NCBI GenBank assembly: GCA_053919585.1
Contig: CM132813.1
DNA length: 64,000 nucleotides
Direction: 5' to 3' (one strand)
Source of the DNA: Euprymna scolopes
Lineage: Eukaryota
Shown piece by piece: positions 1 through 9,872 of this stretch. The notes beneath the pieces are model-generated. The model was not told where the DNA came from. It saw only the letters and a list, made by a program, of their open reading frames with translations, and did not search any database. The position numbers and the translations under genes were made by a program. Every line of letters begins with the position of its first letter. Position 1 is the first letter of the stretch.

Positions 1-1040
1 AGTTTTTTATAGGATTAGTTTTTATCGTATTAGTTTTTTATAGGATTAGTTTTTTTATAGTATTAGTTTTGATAGTATTAGTTTTTTATAGCATTAGTTT
101 TTGATAGTATTAGTTTTTTATAGCATTAGTTTTTATAGTATTAGTTTTTTATAGGATTAGTTTTTTTATAGTATTAGTTTTTATAGTATTAGTTTTTTAT
201 AGGATTAGTTTTTTTACTATTAGTTTTTTATAGGATTAGTTTTTTTTTATAGGACTAGTTTTTTATAGTATTAGTTTTTATCGTATTAGTTTTTTATAGG
301 ATAGGTTTTTATAGTATTAGTTTTTTATAGTATAAGTTTTTTTAAAGTATTAGTTTTTATAGTATTAGTTTTTTTTATAGTATTAGTTTTTTATAGTATT
401 AGTTTTTTATAGGATTAGTTTTTTATAGTATTAGTTTTTTATAGGATTAGTTTTTATAGTATTAGTCTTTAATAGTATTTTTATAGTATTAGTTTTTGAT
501 AGTATTTTATAGTATTAATTTATAGTGTCAGTTTTTTATAGTATTTTTATAGTATTAGTTTTTTATAGGATTTGTTATAGTATTAGTTTTTTATAGTATT
601 CGTTATAGTATTAGTTTTTTATAGTATTAGTTTTTTATAGTATTAGTTTTTTATAGTATTTGTTATAGTATTAGTTTTTTATAGTATTTGTTATTGTATT
701 AGTTTTTTATAGTATTAGTTTTTTTATAGTATTAGTTTTTTATAGTATTATTTTTTTTATAGTATTTGTTATAGTATTAGTTTTTTATATTATTTGTTAT
801 AGTATTATTTTTTATAGTATTAGTTTTTTATAGTATTAGTTTTTTTATAGTATTATTTTTATAGTATTATTTTTATAGTATTAGTTTTTTATAGTATTAT
901 ATTTATAGTATTTGTTTTTATAGTATTAGTTTTTTATTGTATTTGTTATAGTATTAGTTTTTATAGTATTATTTGTTATAGTATTAGTTTTTTATAGGAT
1001 TATTTTTGATAGTATTAGTTTTTTATAGCATTAGTTTTTG
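1..1040. repeat. Degenerate 14-18 bp minisatellite, consensus about ATAGTATTAGTTTTTT; continues off the left edge of the window
   Basis: Continuous reiteration of tagtattag/taggattag plus a variable T-run; + strand is almost free of C. Confidence 0.95.
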
Positions 1041-1049
1041 TTTATTTCA

Positions 1050-1660
1050 GTGTGAACGTAATTATGCCGTATGATAGACGCGCCTTAAATATTTCCTGGC
1101 TATATTCTGTTATTGCAGTGGGAGAAGAACTGTACATGATACAGCAAAAATATCTACATCATTTTGACATGCGATCTTCCCACCCGCACTCGTGCAGTTT
1201 CTGGACAGTCATTAATTTGGATGGAGGGATTTGCATATCAGTGTGTATAATTATTCTGACTGTTCGCTCAGAAAATCTCCAAGCCAAAGCATATTTGTGA
1301 GCTGAGTCTATAGGGGACTGAGTATTAGAAAGCCTTAATGATGTCTGACAATTCAGCGCTTCGAGGTCGTTTACTTGGCTTTCTTGTAAGTGCTGAACTT
1401 GTAGCTCTGAAATTTGCAACCGATAGCTTGTAATGAACTCGGAAAGCTTTCTGTGTTGCAGTTACAGATTCTCAATTCTTTAAAAAGATTTCTATATTAA
1501 AAACACGATGTGCACTAGTCCTAAGCATATTGTTTGATGAGCGCACCTGTAAAAATTGCACGTTATCATCTAATTGAAACTATCATTGACACTTACATAC
1601 TTTCATTAGCAACATATAATTGAAAGTTTAAAGTGTGAGCGGTATTTCTGCTGCACTCTG
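1050..1660 (-). mobile_element. 5' remnant of a Tc1/mariner-superfamily DNA transposon (DUF4817-HTH-type transposase group)
   Basis: Minus strand starts TA|CAGAGTGCAGCAGAAATA at about 1660, resembling TA|CAGGGTG-type termini, about 130 bp upstream of a decayed transposase ATG; the 3' part is missing (minisatellite at 1-1040). Left boundary approximate. Confidence 0.65.
1159..1528 (-). pseudogene. Decayed N-terminal DNA-binding region of a Tc1/mariner-type transposase
   Basis: Manual translation from ATG at 1528: MLRTSAHRVFNIEIFLKN*ESVTATQKAFRVHYKL..VANFRATSSALTRKPSKRPRSA. After a frameshift it continues in ORF 1159..1419: QSPIDSAHKYALAWRFSERTVRIIIHTDMQIPPSKLMTVQKLHECGWEDR. This fits the HRAF..ESVTATQRAFR..NFRATGSA..GRPRS..SPRRSARK..S.RTVRRILH.DL..HPYK..VQ.L pattern of DUF4817-HTH transposases. 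Confidence 0.8.
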
Positions 1661-1665
1661 TATAA

Positions 1666-1893
1666 TCTATAGCCTTGAGCCCCTAAGGGGCATAGGCCAT
1701 CTACAAGTTTTTGTAGCTACTTATTTCTTTTTACGAGGTGAGAGTGCTGTCCCCAGGCCCAACCTTCCCAAGAGGTACATACAGCGCCTAGCCTTCCCAA
1801 ATGGTCACCCGTCTGTTACTGGCCAGGCTCAACGTTGCTTAACTTCGGTGATCTGGCGAGAACCGTTGTGTCAACGTGATTGTGCCGTACACC
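1666..1893 (-). mobile_element. 5S rRNA-derived SINE (SINE3 type) with RTE-like middle and 3' tail, 228 bp, 8-bp TSD
   Basis: Minus-strand head (1893-1778): GGTGTACGGCACAATCACGTTGACACAACGGTTCTCGCCAGATCACCGAAGTTAAGCAACGTTGAGCCTGGCCAGTAACAGACGGGTGACCATTTGGGAAGGCTAGGCGCTGTA, a diverged full-length 5S. Then GGTTGGGCCTGGGGACAGCACTCTCACCTCGTAAAAA and GATGGCCTATGCCCCTTAGGGGC. Direct repeat CTGTATAA at 1658-1665 and 1894-1901. Confidence 0.85.
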
Positions 1894-2099
1894 CTGTATA
1901 AGGTAATTTTATTTCTTATATTTTCATAGACTAAGCACTTAGGAAATTCCTAGCGTATATATCTATTATTAGTAAGCTATTATCAATTTATATATAGTTT
2001 ATAATTTGTGAAAATGACAACAAATACAAGTAGTATTCAAATAATACGAATTTGTATTACAAACTGTCTAGATCCTGCAATGTTGATATTATTATGATG

Positions 2100-2719
2100 A
2101 AGATGATGATTTTAATGATGATGATGCAGATTTTATTCGGTAGTAAAGATAAAATATTATATATGTATATCTAATTTGCAAAATGGATTCTATCTACTTC
2201 ACTTCCTCTTGTATGCACATTGTCAATCATTTTCTGCCGTTGTGCGTTAATTTATAATTTTATAATTTAATAACATGCCTGTCTGTCTGTTGGTCTGTAT
2301 GTCTGTCTGTTGGGCTGTCTGTCTGTCTGTTGGTCTGACGGTCTGTCTTTCTGTCTCCATATTTTAAAACTCTATCTCCTCCGAAACTAAAAGTCGCAGG
2401 GACCATAATGGTTGGATTATTTTACAGACCGTTCTTTTATGGTTCTTTAGCCGGTGAGAATTATTTTAAGGGCTTAAAAATGGGTCAAATTTGAAAACAA
2501 GATCGTTAAACATTTTGTATATTCAAATAAATTTATTTTTTAATTTAATATTTAATCAGTTTATATGCATATCACGTTGTGACAGAGGTAACGTCACAAC
2601 CTTTGAATACTACAATTTAGCGATTTGCATTTGAATACTTTTTTAATTTTGAAATCACGAATCTATAATATGATAATTTTAATGATCATGATGCAGATTT
2701 TATGCGGAGTTAAAGAGAA

Positions 2720-2773
<54 letters not shown>

Positions 2774-3330
2774 TGCAAAATGGATTTTATCTAGTTAACT
2801 GTTTCTTGTATGCCCATTATAATTTTCTGCCATCAGATGTTAAGTTATAATTTGAAAATTTAATAAAATCTTATATATAAACGGCTATATATCTGTCAAT
2901 CTGTTAGTCCGTCTGTCTGTCGGTCGGTCCGTCTGTCTGCTTGTCTGTATGATGGTCGGTCTGTCTAAAGTCTGTCTCTCAGTCTGTCTATTGGTCTGTC
3001 TCCGTATTTTCAAACACTATCTCTTCCGAACTTAAAAGTCGCAGAGCGGTGCTAGGGGGTCGATATTGATTGGATGTTTTACGAACCATTTTTATGGTTC
3101 TTTAGCCGGTTAAAATTGTTTTAAGGGGTTAAAAATAGATAAATTGAAAATATCATTAAACATTTTGTATATTCACCTTAGTTTATTTTTTAAATTTTAA
3201 ATTTTAAATCAGTTTATACGCGGGTCACGTTGGTACCAGTGGTAATGTAACCAGCTTTGAATACTACAATTTAGTGATTCGAGTTGATGGAACCTGAATA
3301 CGTTTTACTTTTGAAATCACGAATCTATAA
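2100..3330 (+). repeat. Diverged head-to-tail duplication (about 570 and 660 bp), each copy with a (GTCT)n-containing non-autonomous Helitron/DINE-1-like segment
   Basis: Shared blocks in the same order in both copies: gatgcagattttat, atttgcaaaatggatt, (gtct)n, tatctc.tccgaa..taaaagtcgcag, tttatggttctttagccggt, ctttgaatactacaatttag, ttttgaaatcacgaatctataata. Copy 2 has TCTTATATATAAA just before the microsatellite. Duplication is certain; Helitron assignment is tentative. Confidence 0.75.
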
Positions 3331-3369
3331 TATATACGAAATCTGGATAAATTAATATAATATTAAAGC

Positions 3370-3440
3370 ATATTTTACACCCCCGGCAGTACTTGATAAA
3401 ATATTTTACACCCCCGGTTAGTACTTGATAAAATATTTTA
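3370..3440. repeat. 31/32-bp direct repeat, about 2.3 copies
   Basis: atattttacacccccgg(c/tt)agtacttgataaa at 3370-3400 and 3401-3432, plus a partial third copy. Confidence 0.9.
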
Positions 3441-3960
3441 TTCTTGTGCGTCTAACATCTCTTGTACGAACCATCTAAAAACTATACTGCCAAGTATATG
3501 ACTTTTTATTAAACTCTACTGATATTATAGGTTGGTAAATGAAAACAATCCTCAAATAAGATTAAAACATCCGACTTGTTCAGAAACTAAAGATAAAATA
3601 TAGATTATTTTCTTTCTCTGCGTCTAACTTCTCATGTACGAATTATTGTAAACATATCTTTAAAGACCTCATGATTTTTATTTTAGTTAACTAGAGGGAT
3701 ATTATAAATTAAGAAATGAAAGTAAATTCCACATAATGTTAAATTGTTTGACTCATGATGAAACAATGTAGAACATAGATTATTTACTTTTTCTGCGTCT
3801 AACTTCTCATGTACGAATTATCGTAAATATATACTGTCAAACATACTGTTTTTATTTTATTCAACTTCACGGGTATAATAGCTTTCTAAATAAAAGTAAT
3901 CTCTACGTACGATTAAACTGTGCGTCTTCCTCGGGAAACTTGCATTATTTACTTTCTATC
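3440..3960. repeat. Old, diverged tandem repeat of about 172-175 bp, about 3 copies; a related unit lies at about 7630-7680
   Basis: Core tgcgtctaac(t/a)tctc(a/t)tgtacgaa at 3447, 3619 and 3794; tgcgtctaacttcctatgtacgaa at 7647. Confidence 0.8.
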
Positions 3961-4207
3961 GGGCTCACTTCTCTGATAAGTATTGTAGATGCGTCCTGTA
4001 AAATATACAAATGTTTACTTTATTTAATTGCATGCGTGTTTTCATAGAAAATATCCTATTTAGAAGATTTATATGCATAGCTGCAGCAGAAAAACAAAAT
4101 ATATAACTTAGATTACATAATTGTAATTACTTCTTATGCACGTATTCTTGTAAAATAACATTGTCAAATTTACTGATGCGTATTCCATTAAACCATTTGC
4201 TTTTTGG

Positions 4208-6580
4208 AACGTTTTAGATCTGTTTTTGACCACAGTTCCCGATGACTGCATAGCGAAGGCCCACAGCCCACTCGGGAACGCTGATCATGCAGTGATAATG
4301 GTTGAAATCGCCCTAAACTCTAGACCCAAAACTGAAGAGCCAGTGCTCAAAACAACGAGATATTATAATAAGGCTGACTGGGAAGCCATCAGGGAACTAA
4401 TTAGAGATGCTCCATGGAAAAATATTTTCTCTCTCCCTGCTGAACAGTGTGCAAACGAGACCACTGACTGGTTCAAAACTGCAATCGAAGCGCATGTTCC
4501 CATGCGGAAATTTTATAGTAAGCCCCACTCTCCCCAATGGTTTACGTCGACTTGTGCAACTGCCATTACTCAAAAGCAGCATGCATACCGTAGGTTTAAC
4601 CGACATAAGTCCAGTTCAAACAGACTGAAGTATATAGAAGCTAGAAATAACGTTAAGAAAGAAATAGCGACAGCTAAGAGAGAATTTACGGAAACCACTA
4701 AAAAGCGCATCGAAGCACAAAAACTAGGAACTCGAGACTTCTGGAAAATCTACAACAGTGTAGTAAATAATGGGCAATCGACAATTCCCCCACTAACCAA
4801 CAATCACGAGGTTGTCTCCTCAGCAACCGACAAGGCTAACATGCTTGCCAGTCGGTTTGCCTCAAACTCCACACTGGACCCTTCCAACCACCCCCTACCT
4901 GACTTTCCTATGCGGACAGACGCCACACTAGACGATCTGAAAACCACCCCTGCTCAGGTGCATGCTATCATAAAAAACCTTGACACCTCAAAAGCATGTG
5001 GACCCGATCTTATCCCAGCTGTGCTATTAAAAAAGTGCTCAGCCGAAGTAGCTCCAGTTCTCTCCAAACTCTACAACAAATGTCTTAATGAAGCTTGCTT
5101 TCCGGGCTGTTGGAAAACTGCTTCTGTTGTACCAGTATTCAAGAATTCTGGTGAAAGGACAGACCCATCAAATTATCGCCCCATTAGCCTCCTTCCACTT
5201 TTTGCCAAAATATTTGAGACCATAATTAACCACGCTCTAATCCATCATCTTACAGATGCTAAACTACTGACTGACAAACAATATGGATTTAGACAAGCCC
5301 GTTCCACAGCAGACATCCTCACCGTGATCTCTGAACGTATATACCAATCACTGGACAAAGCGGGGGAAGGCAGAGCGGTAGCTCTAGATATATCTAAGGC
5401 TTTTGACAGGGTATGGCATGAGGGTCTCCTCAGTAAAATCAGATCATACGGTATCACTGGTAGAATACTTAACATAATTAAATCCTTCTTAGATAAGAGA
5501 AAAATCCAGGTAGTCCTCGACGGTCGCACATCCAAACAATATGATATAAATGCGGGAGTGCCCCAGGGTTCTATCCTTGGACCTCTATTGTTCCTGATAT
5601 TCATAAATGACCTCCCCGACAACATTGCCTCTGAGATGGGTATATATGCTGATGACACTACACTCTATGGCAGACACGACAGGAAGACGAATGAACACAT
5701 TTCTAAAGAAATGGCAGAAACACTAGAGGAAGACCTCCAATCTGTAGTGGAATGGGGACAAAAGTGGTTGGTCGCGTTCAATGCTGCCAAGACTAAACTA
5801 GTTTCATTCAATAATTACAAGAAACCCTCTCTACCACCAATAGCAATGGCCAACGACTCTTTATCTGAGAGTCCATCTTTCAAACTCCTTGGCCTAACGT
5901 TCACAGGAAACATGAGTTGGAACAATTACATTGAAGGCATTGCCAGGGCCGCTGCAAGAAAGGTGGGCTCTCTCTACCGTGCTAGAAAACTACTAACACC
6001 CGAAAGTATCCTGTACCTCTATAAGGCCACCATTCGCCCATGTATGGAGTATTGCTGCCACATCTGGGCTGGTGCATCTGCTACTAGTCTCTCGCTCCTT
6101 GACAAGGTTCAAAAGAGAGTCGCAAATCTGATAGGCCCTGAACTGGCATCTAAGCTTCAGCCTCTGTCCCATCGACGAAATGTTGCATCCCTCTGCCTGT
6201 TCTACAAGTATTTTAGTGGTGAATGCTCTGATGAACTGCAATCACTTGTGCCCCCACGACGCGAGCACCCTCGACAAACCCGACAGGCTACTAGATCCCA
6301 CCCCCACACTGTAGAGGTCCCTAGATGTAAAAGATCTTTTTACTCCAATAGTTTCTTCCCCAGAACCGCAAGACTCTGGAATTCCATTCCAGGTCCCTGC
6401 TTCCCCAACAGTACTGACGTGCAGAAGTTCAAGTGTAACGTGAACCGACACCTTGCTGCCCAAATCCCTACATAGTACCCCAGTAGTTGTTGCCCCTGAT
6501 AGTAGCCCCCTACACCAAAGTGGCAATTTGCCTTGTTTGGGGTGAAAATGTAATAAAAAAAAAAAAAAAAAAAAAAAAAA
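4208..6580 (+). mobile_element. 5'-truncated non-LTR retrotransposon (LINE), CR1/L2 group, with short 3' UTR and poly(A) tail
   Basis: GC-richer island with an RT ORF; in-frame NVLDLFLTT from 4208 (end of the APE domain); about 80-bp 3' UTR; AATAAA running into A26 at 6555-6580; no clear TSD. Confidence 0.92.
4226..6475 (+). CDS. LINE ORF2 (C-terminal end of APE endonuclease, reverse transcriptase, C-terminal domain); 5'-truncated, the TTG is not a real start
   Basis: 749 open codons; PLGNADH (APE SDH-like motif), KACGPDLIP, NYRPISLL, QYGFR, ALDISKAFDRVWH, GVPQGSILGPLLFLIFINDL, YADD, RPCMEYCCHIW, FFPRTARLWNSIP. Confidence 0.95.
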   Translation: MTTVPDDCIAKAHSPLGNADHAVIMVEIALNSRPKTEEPVLKTTRYYNKADWEAIRELIRDAPWKNIFSLPAEQCANETTDWFKTAIEAHVPMRKFYSKPHSPQWFTSTCATAITQKQHAYRRFNRHKSSSNRLKYIEARNNVKKEIATAKREFTETTKKRIEAQKLGTRDFWKIYNSVVNNGQSTIPPLTNNHEVVSSATDKANMLASRFASNSTLDPSNHPLPDFPMRTDATLDDLKTTPAQVHAIIKNLDTSKACGPDLIPAVLLKKCSAEVAPVLSKLYNKCLNEACFPGCWKTASVVPVFKNSGERTDPSNYRPISLLPLFAKIFETIINHALIHHLTDAKLLTDKQYGFRQARSTADILTVISERIYQSLDKAGEGRAVALDISKAFDRVWHEGLLSKIRSYGITGRILNIIKSFLDKRKIQVVLDGRTSKQYDINAGVPQGSILGPLLFLIFINDLPDNIASEMGIYADDTTLYGRHDRKTNEHISKEMAETLEEDLQSVVEWGQKWLVAFNAAKTKLVSFNNYKKPSLPPIAMANDSLSESPSFKLLGLTFTGNMSWNNYIEGIARAAARKVGSLYRARKLLTPESILYLYKATIRPCMEYCCHIWAGASATSLSLLDKVQKRVANLIGPELASKLQPLSHRRNVASLCLFYKYFSGECSDELQSLVPPRREHPRQTRQATRSHPHTVEVPRCKRSFYSNSFFPRTARLWNSIPGPCFPNSTDVQKFKCNVNRHLAAQIPT

Positions 6581-6707
6581 TAGTTTATATGATCGATATA
6601 AAAAGATGTTTAAGTGTTTTTCATTATCAGTGTATATCGTGTGTCATTATCGATGGTTTTTATGAATTTTATATTCTATTTTGTCTTATTTTTCTATTCA
6701 CCCTAGC

Positions 6708-7488
6708 TTTATCTATTTCTATTATATGAAAATAAAAGCAGGTATAAAATTATTACGTTATGTAAAAGACAAGAATAACCTGTGGCCTTTTTAAGAAATT
6801 TTCAACATTTCTATCCCGTTTATCTATTGCTATTATATGAAAACAAAAGCAAGTATAAAATTATTACGTTATGGAAATAACAAGAATAATCTGTGGCCTT
6901 TTTAAGAAATTTTCAACATTTCTATCCCGTTTATCTATTGCTATTATATGAAAACAAAAGCAAGTATAAAATTATTACGTTATGGAAAAGACAAGAATAA
7001 TCTGTGGCCTTTTTAAGAAATTTTCAACATTTCTATCCCGTTTATCTATTGCTATTATATGAAAACAAAAGCAAGTATAAAATTATTACGTTATGGAAAA
7101 GACAAGAATAATCTGTGGCCTTTTTAAGAAATTTTCAACATTTCTATCCCGTTTATCTATTGCTATTATATGAAAACAAAAGCAAGTATAAAATTATTAC
7201 GTTATGGAAAAGACAAGAATAATCTGTGGCCTTTTTAAGAAATTTTCAACATTTCTATCCCGTTTATCTATTGCTATTATATGAAAACAAAAGCAAGTAT
7301 AAAATTATTACGTTATGGAAAAGACAAGAATAATCTGTGGCCTTTTTAAGAAATTTTCAACATTTCTATCCCGTTTATCTATTGCTATTATATGAAAACA
7401 AAAGCAAGTATAAAATTATTACGTTATGGAAAAAAACTAGAATAACCTGTGGCCTTTTTAAGAAATTTTCAACATTTCTATCCCGTTT
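6708..7488. repeat. 111-bp tandem repeat, 7 nearly identical copies
   Basis: ctgtggcc recurs at 6780, 6891, 7002, 7113, 7224, 7335 and about 7447. Confidence 0.97.
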
Positions 7489-7746
7489 TCTGGGGAATTT
7501 CACAAGAAATGATAGAAATGATTGCTGAAATAAGATATACCAAAATATGAGGACTAAACGTTAAAAATTTTCTTTCTTTTTCATAAGAATTATATATGTG
7601 AATTAATCAAGACATAAAATATATAACTTTGATTATTTATTCTCAATGCGTCTAACTTCCTATGTACGAATCTCGTAAAAATTTTTACCAACGTTACTGA
7701 ACTGTATTGATTAAAGTATTCACTCTTGGAAAGTTTTGTTTAGATT

Positions 7747-7749
<3 letters not shown>

Positions 7750-7821
<72 letters not shown>
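7750..7821. repeat. (TA)n microsatellite, one of about ten between 2.7 and 15.7 kb
   Basis: Pure TA run. Others at about 2725-2769, 9341-9402, 10245-10301, 10854-10918, 11297-11366, 11698-11782, 12216-12283, 14984-15040 and 15598-15679. Confidence 0.97.
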
Positions 7822-7824
<3 letters not shown>

Positions 7825-8030
7825 GTATAATTATTCTCATGTTGTATGATATATATAAACCATGAATATATGAACAATAATAATAAAATTAAAACCCATG
7901 AACACTCTACGCAAACTTTATTAAATGTTCTTTTTATGTACTTAATTTTTTTATTTTACATATTAATTTTATCTATCACTTTCACCCTCTCCCATTTTTC
8001 CTTTATACTTGTATTTTGTTCTTTATGTAG

Positions 8031-8530
8031 GTAGGTTCTCTCTACCGTGCTAGAAAGCTACTAAGGCCCGAAAGTATCCTGTACCTCTATAAGGCCACCA
8101 TTCACCCATATATGCAGTATGTTGTCATATTTGGGCTGGTGCATCTGCTACTAGTCTCTCACTCCTAGACAAGGTTCAACAGAATTGCAAACCTAATAGG
8201 TCCTGAACTGTCATCTAAGCTCACGACTGTCCCATCGACGAAATGTAGCATCCCTCTGCCTGTTCTACAAGTAGTTTAACGGTGAATGCTCTGACGAACT
8301 GCAAGCACTTGTACCCCCTCGACTTATATACCCCCGACAAAACCGAAAAGCAGCAAAATCCCACCCCTTCACAATAGAGATCCCTAGATGTAAGAGAACC
8401 TTCTACTACAGTAGTTTCTTCCCCAGAACCTCTAGAATTTGGAATTCCCCAACTGTACTGACATGCAGAAGTTCAAGTGTAACCTGAACTGGCATCTTGC
8501 TGCCCAAGTCCCCACATAGTACCCCTGTAG
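8031..8530 (+). mobile_element. Older, decayed 3' fragment of the same LINE family as 4208-6580
   Basis: Colinear with about 5962-6486 (tctctctaccgtgctagaaa..., gaaagtatcctgtacctctataaggccaccatt, gcagaagttcaagtgtaac, catagtacccc), with substitutions, small deletions, stops and no poly(A). Confidence 0.92.
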
Positions 8531-8748
8531 CTTATGTCCCTGATACTTACTTCTCAACAAACTCTTATTCTTACTATCTCTATATTCATTTCCTCACATG
8601 TATTTTATGTAAATGCATCTACATTTTTTCACTATCATATATCGGTATGTTTAGTCTTTTCCTTCTGCGAGCCATGCTTCTCAGTCACTCTACCATTCAT
8701 TAATACTAATGTCAGTTACATAAGCAGGCCATTCTGTCCACAGTTCGT

Positions 8749-9336
8749 TATGACAATCAGCAACGCTCAGCACAGTGGTTAGCCATCGACGAAACTCAGC
8801 GATATATCTAAAGCCAGAGTTGAACCAAGAGAATGTCCTGCTGACTGTTTTGTGGTCTGCGACTGGTCTCATCCATCACAATTACGCCGGAAAAGTACTG
8901 TCTAGAAAACCATCAGAAACTATGAAAACAACACCCAGCATTAATCAACAGAAAAACCCAACTCTACCCCAATAGAATGTCCGACCTCGCGATACTAAAC
9001 CGACTTTGCAGAAGTTAAACCAATTGGGCTACGAAACTCTGCCTTATCCTCCATACTCTTCAGACCTCTCACCAACCGACTAACTTTTTCCTTTCCGCGT
9101 AAGAAATGCTTCAAAACTTTCTGCGTGGGAAATGTTTCAAAAACCTAATCGATATCAAAAATGCCTTCAGCGACTTCATCGGCACCAGAATGTACGATTT
9201 ATACGTTACTGGCATGAATGTACTTGCTTTTCGTTGGCAAAAGGGTGTTGCTTCTGATGGTCATAATTTCAATCAATAAATTTTGTTTGTTCATCTGAAT
9301 ATAAAAGTCTAAACTTGCAAGAACTTTCTTGTCAAC

Positions 9337-9340
<4 letters not shown>
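8749..9340 (+). mobile_element. Decayed mariner (DD34D-type) element, 3' half, with 3' TIR ending at a (TA)n run
   Basis: Across frameshifts: YDNQQRSAQWL, KPELNQENVLLTVLWSATGLIHH, *NVRPRDTKPTLQKLNQLGYETLPYPPYSSDLSPTD, YVTGMNVLAFRWQKGVASDGHNFNQ* (compare YDN..RSAQW, HDNARPH, HPPYSPDLSP.D, RWQKCV). TIR-like aaacttgcaagaactttcttgtcaacctga|TA at 9311-9340. Confidence 0.9.
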
Positions 9341-9393
<53 letters not shown>

Positions 9394-9512
9394 TATATAT
9401 ATGCGTGTTTGCTTGTGTGTAAAGAGATACTATTTTAGCAAATTATGACTTACGATCTTTTTGTTCCCACACAAGGAATACAAGTTAAATATATTTATGA
9501 GCAATGAATGTT

Positions 9513-9673
9513 TGCCTTCGGGACAAGATCAAAGTGTAGTATCTGTTCTTCAGATGCTGCACTTCAATTCCTTGTTCTCTGTCAGTGGAGGAGAAATCCT
9601 TCACGACTGAGACAATTTTTATTTTTGTTCCTTTTCTTCACATTAAAAAACGACCCTGTGGAAGCATTCTCAA
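9513..9673 (+). pseudogene. U2 snRNA-derived or chimeric insert (161 bp) between 17-bp direct repeats
   Basis: AAGATCAAAGTGTAGTATCTGTTCTT (9525-9550) matches the conserved U2 branch-point-recognition region; flanked by tatga(g/a)caatgaatgtt at 9496-9512 and 9674-9690. Confidence 0.75.
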
Positions 9674-9838
9674 TATGAACAATGAATGTTGTACATCATA
9701 GTTTAAAATATTGTAAATTCCTGATGCTTCATTTCAAGGGAATTAGTCTATAAATATTAGTATTAATATTTATATCGCCATTTTGAAATTTAAAAATTTT
9801 AAATTCTGAATGTGCATATACATATATATATATATGCG

Positions 9839-9872
<34 letters not shown>

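Noticed and set aside
1-1040. Telomeric repeat (TTAGG/TTAGGG-like)
   Set aside because: The unit is about 16 bp and T-rich with no TTAGG(G) arrays.
1778-1893. Functional 5S rRNA gene
   Set aside because: Many substitutions, no oligo-T terminator, fused to extra sequence and enclosed by a TSD; better explained as a SINE head.
4397-6729. Short ORFs overlapping the LINE (4397-4606, 4407-4628, 5245-5658, 5993-6241, 6242-6526, 6487-6729)
   Set aside because: Shadow frames of the RT ORF or read-through of the poly(A); no independent motifs.
9513-9673. Canonical functional U2 snRNA gene
   Set aside because: Lacks the ATCGCTTCTC 5' end and recognisable stems IIa, III and IV; TSD-like flanks.
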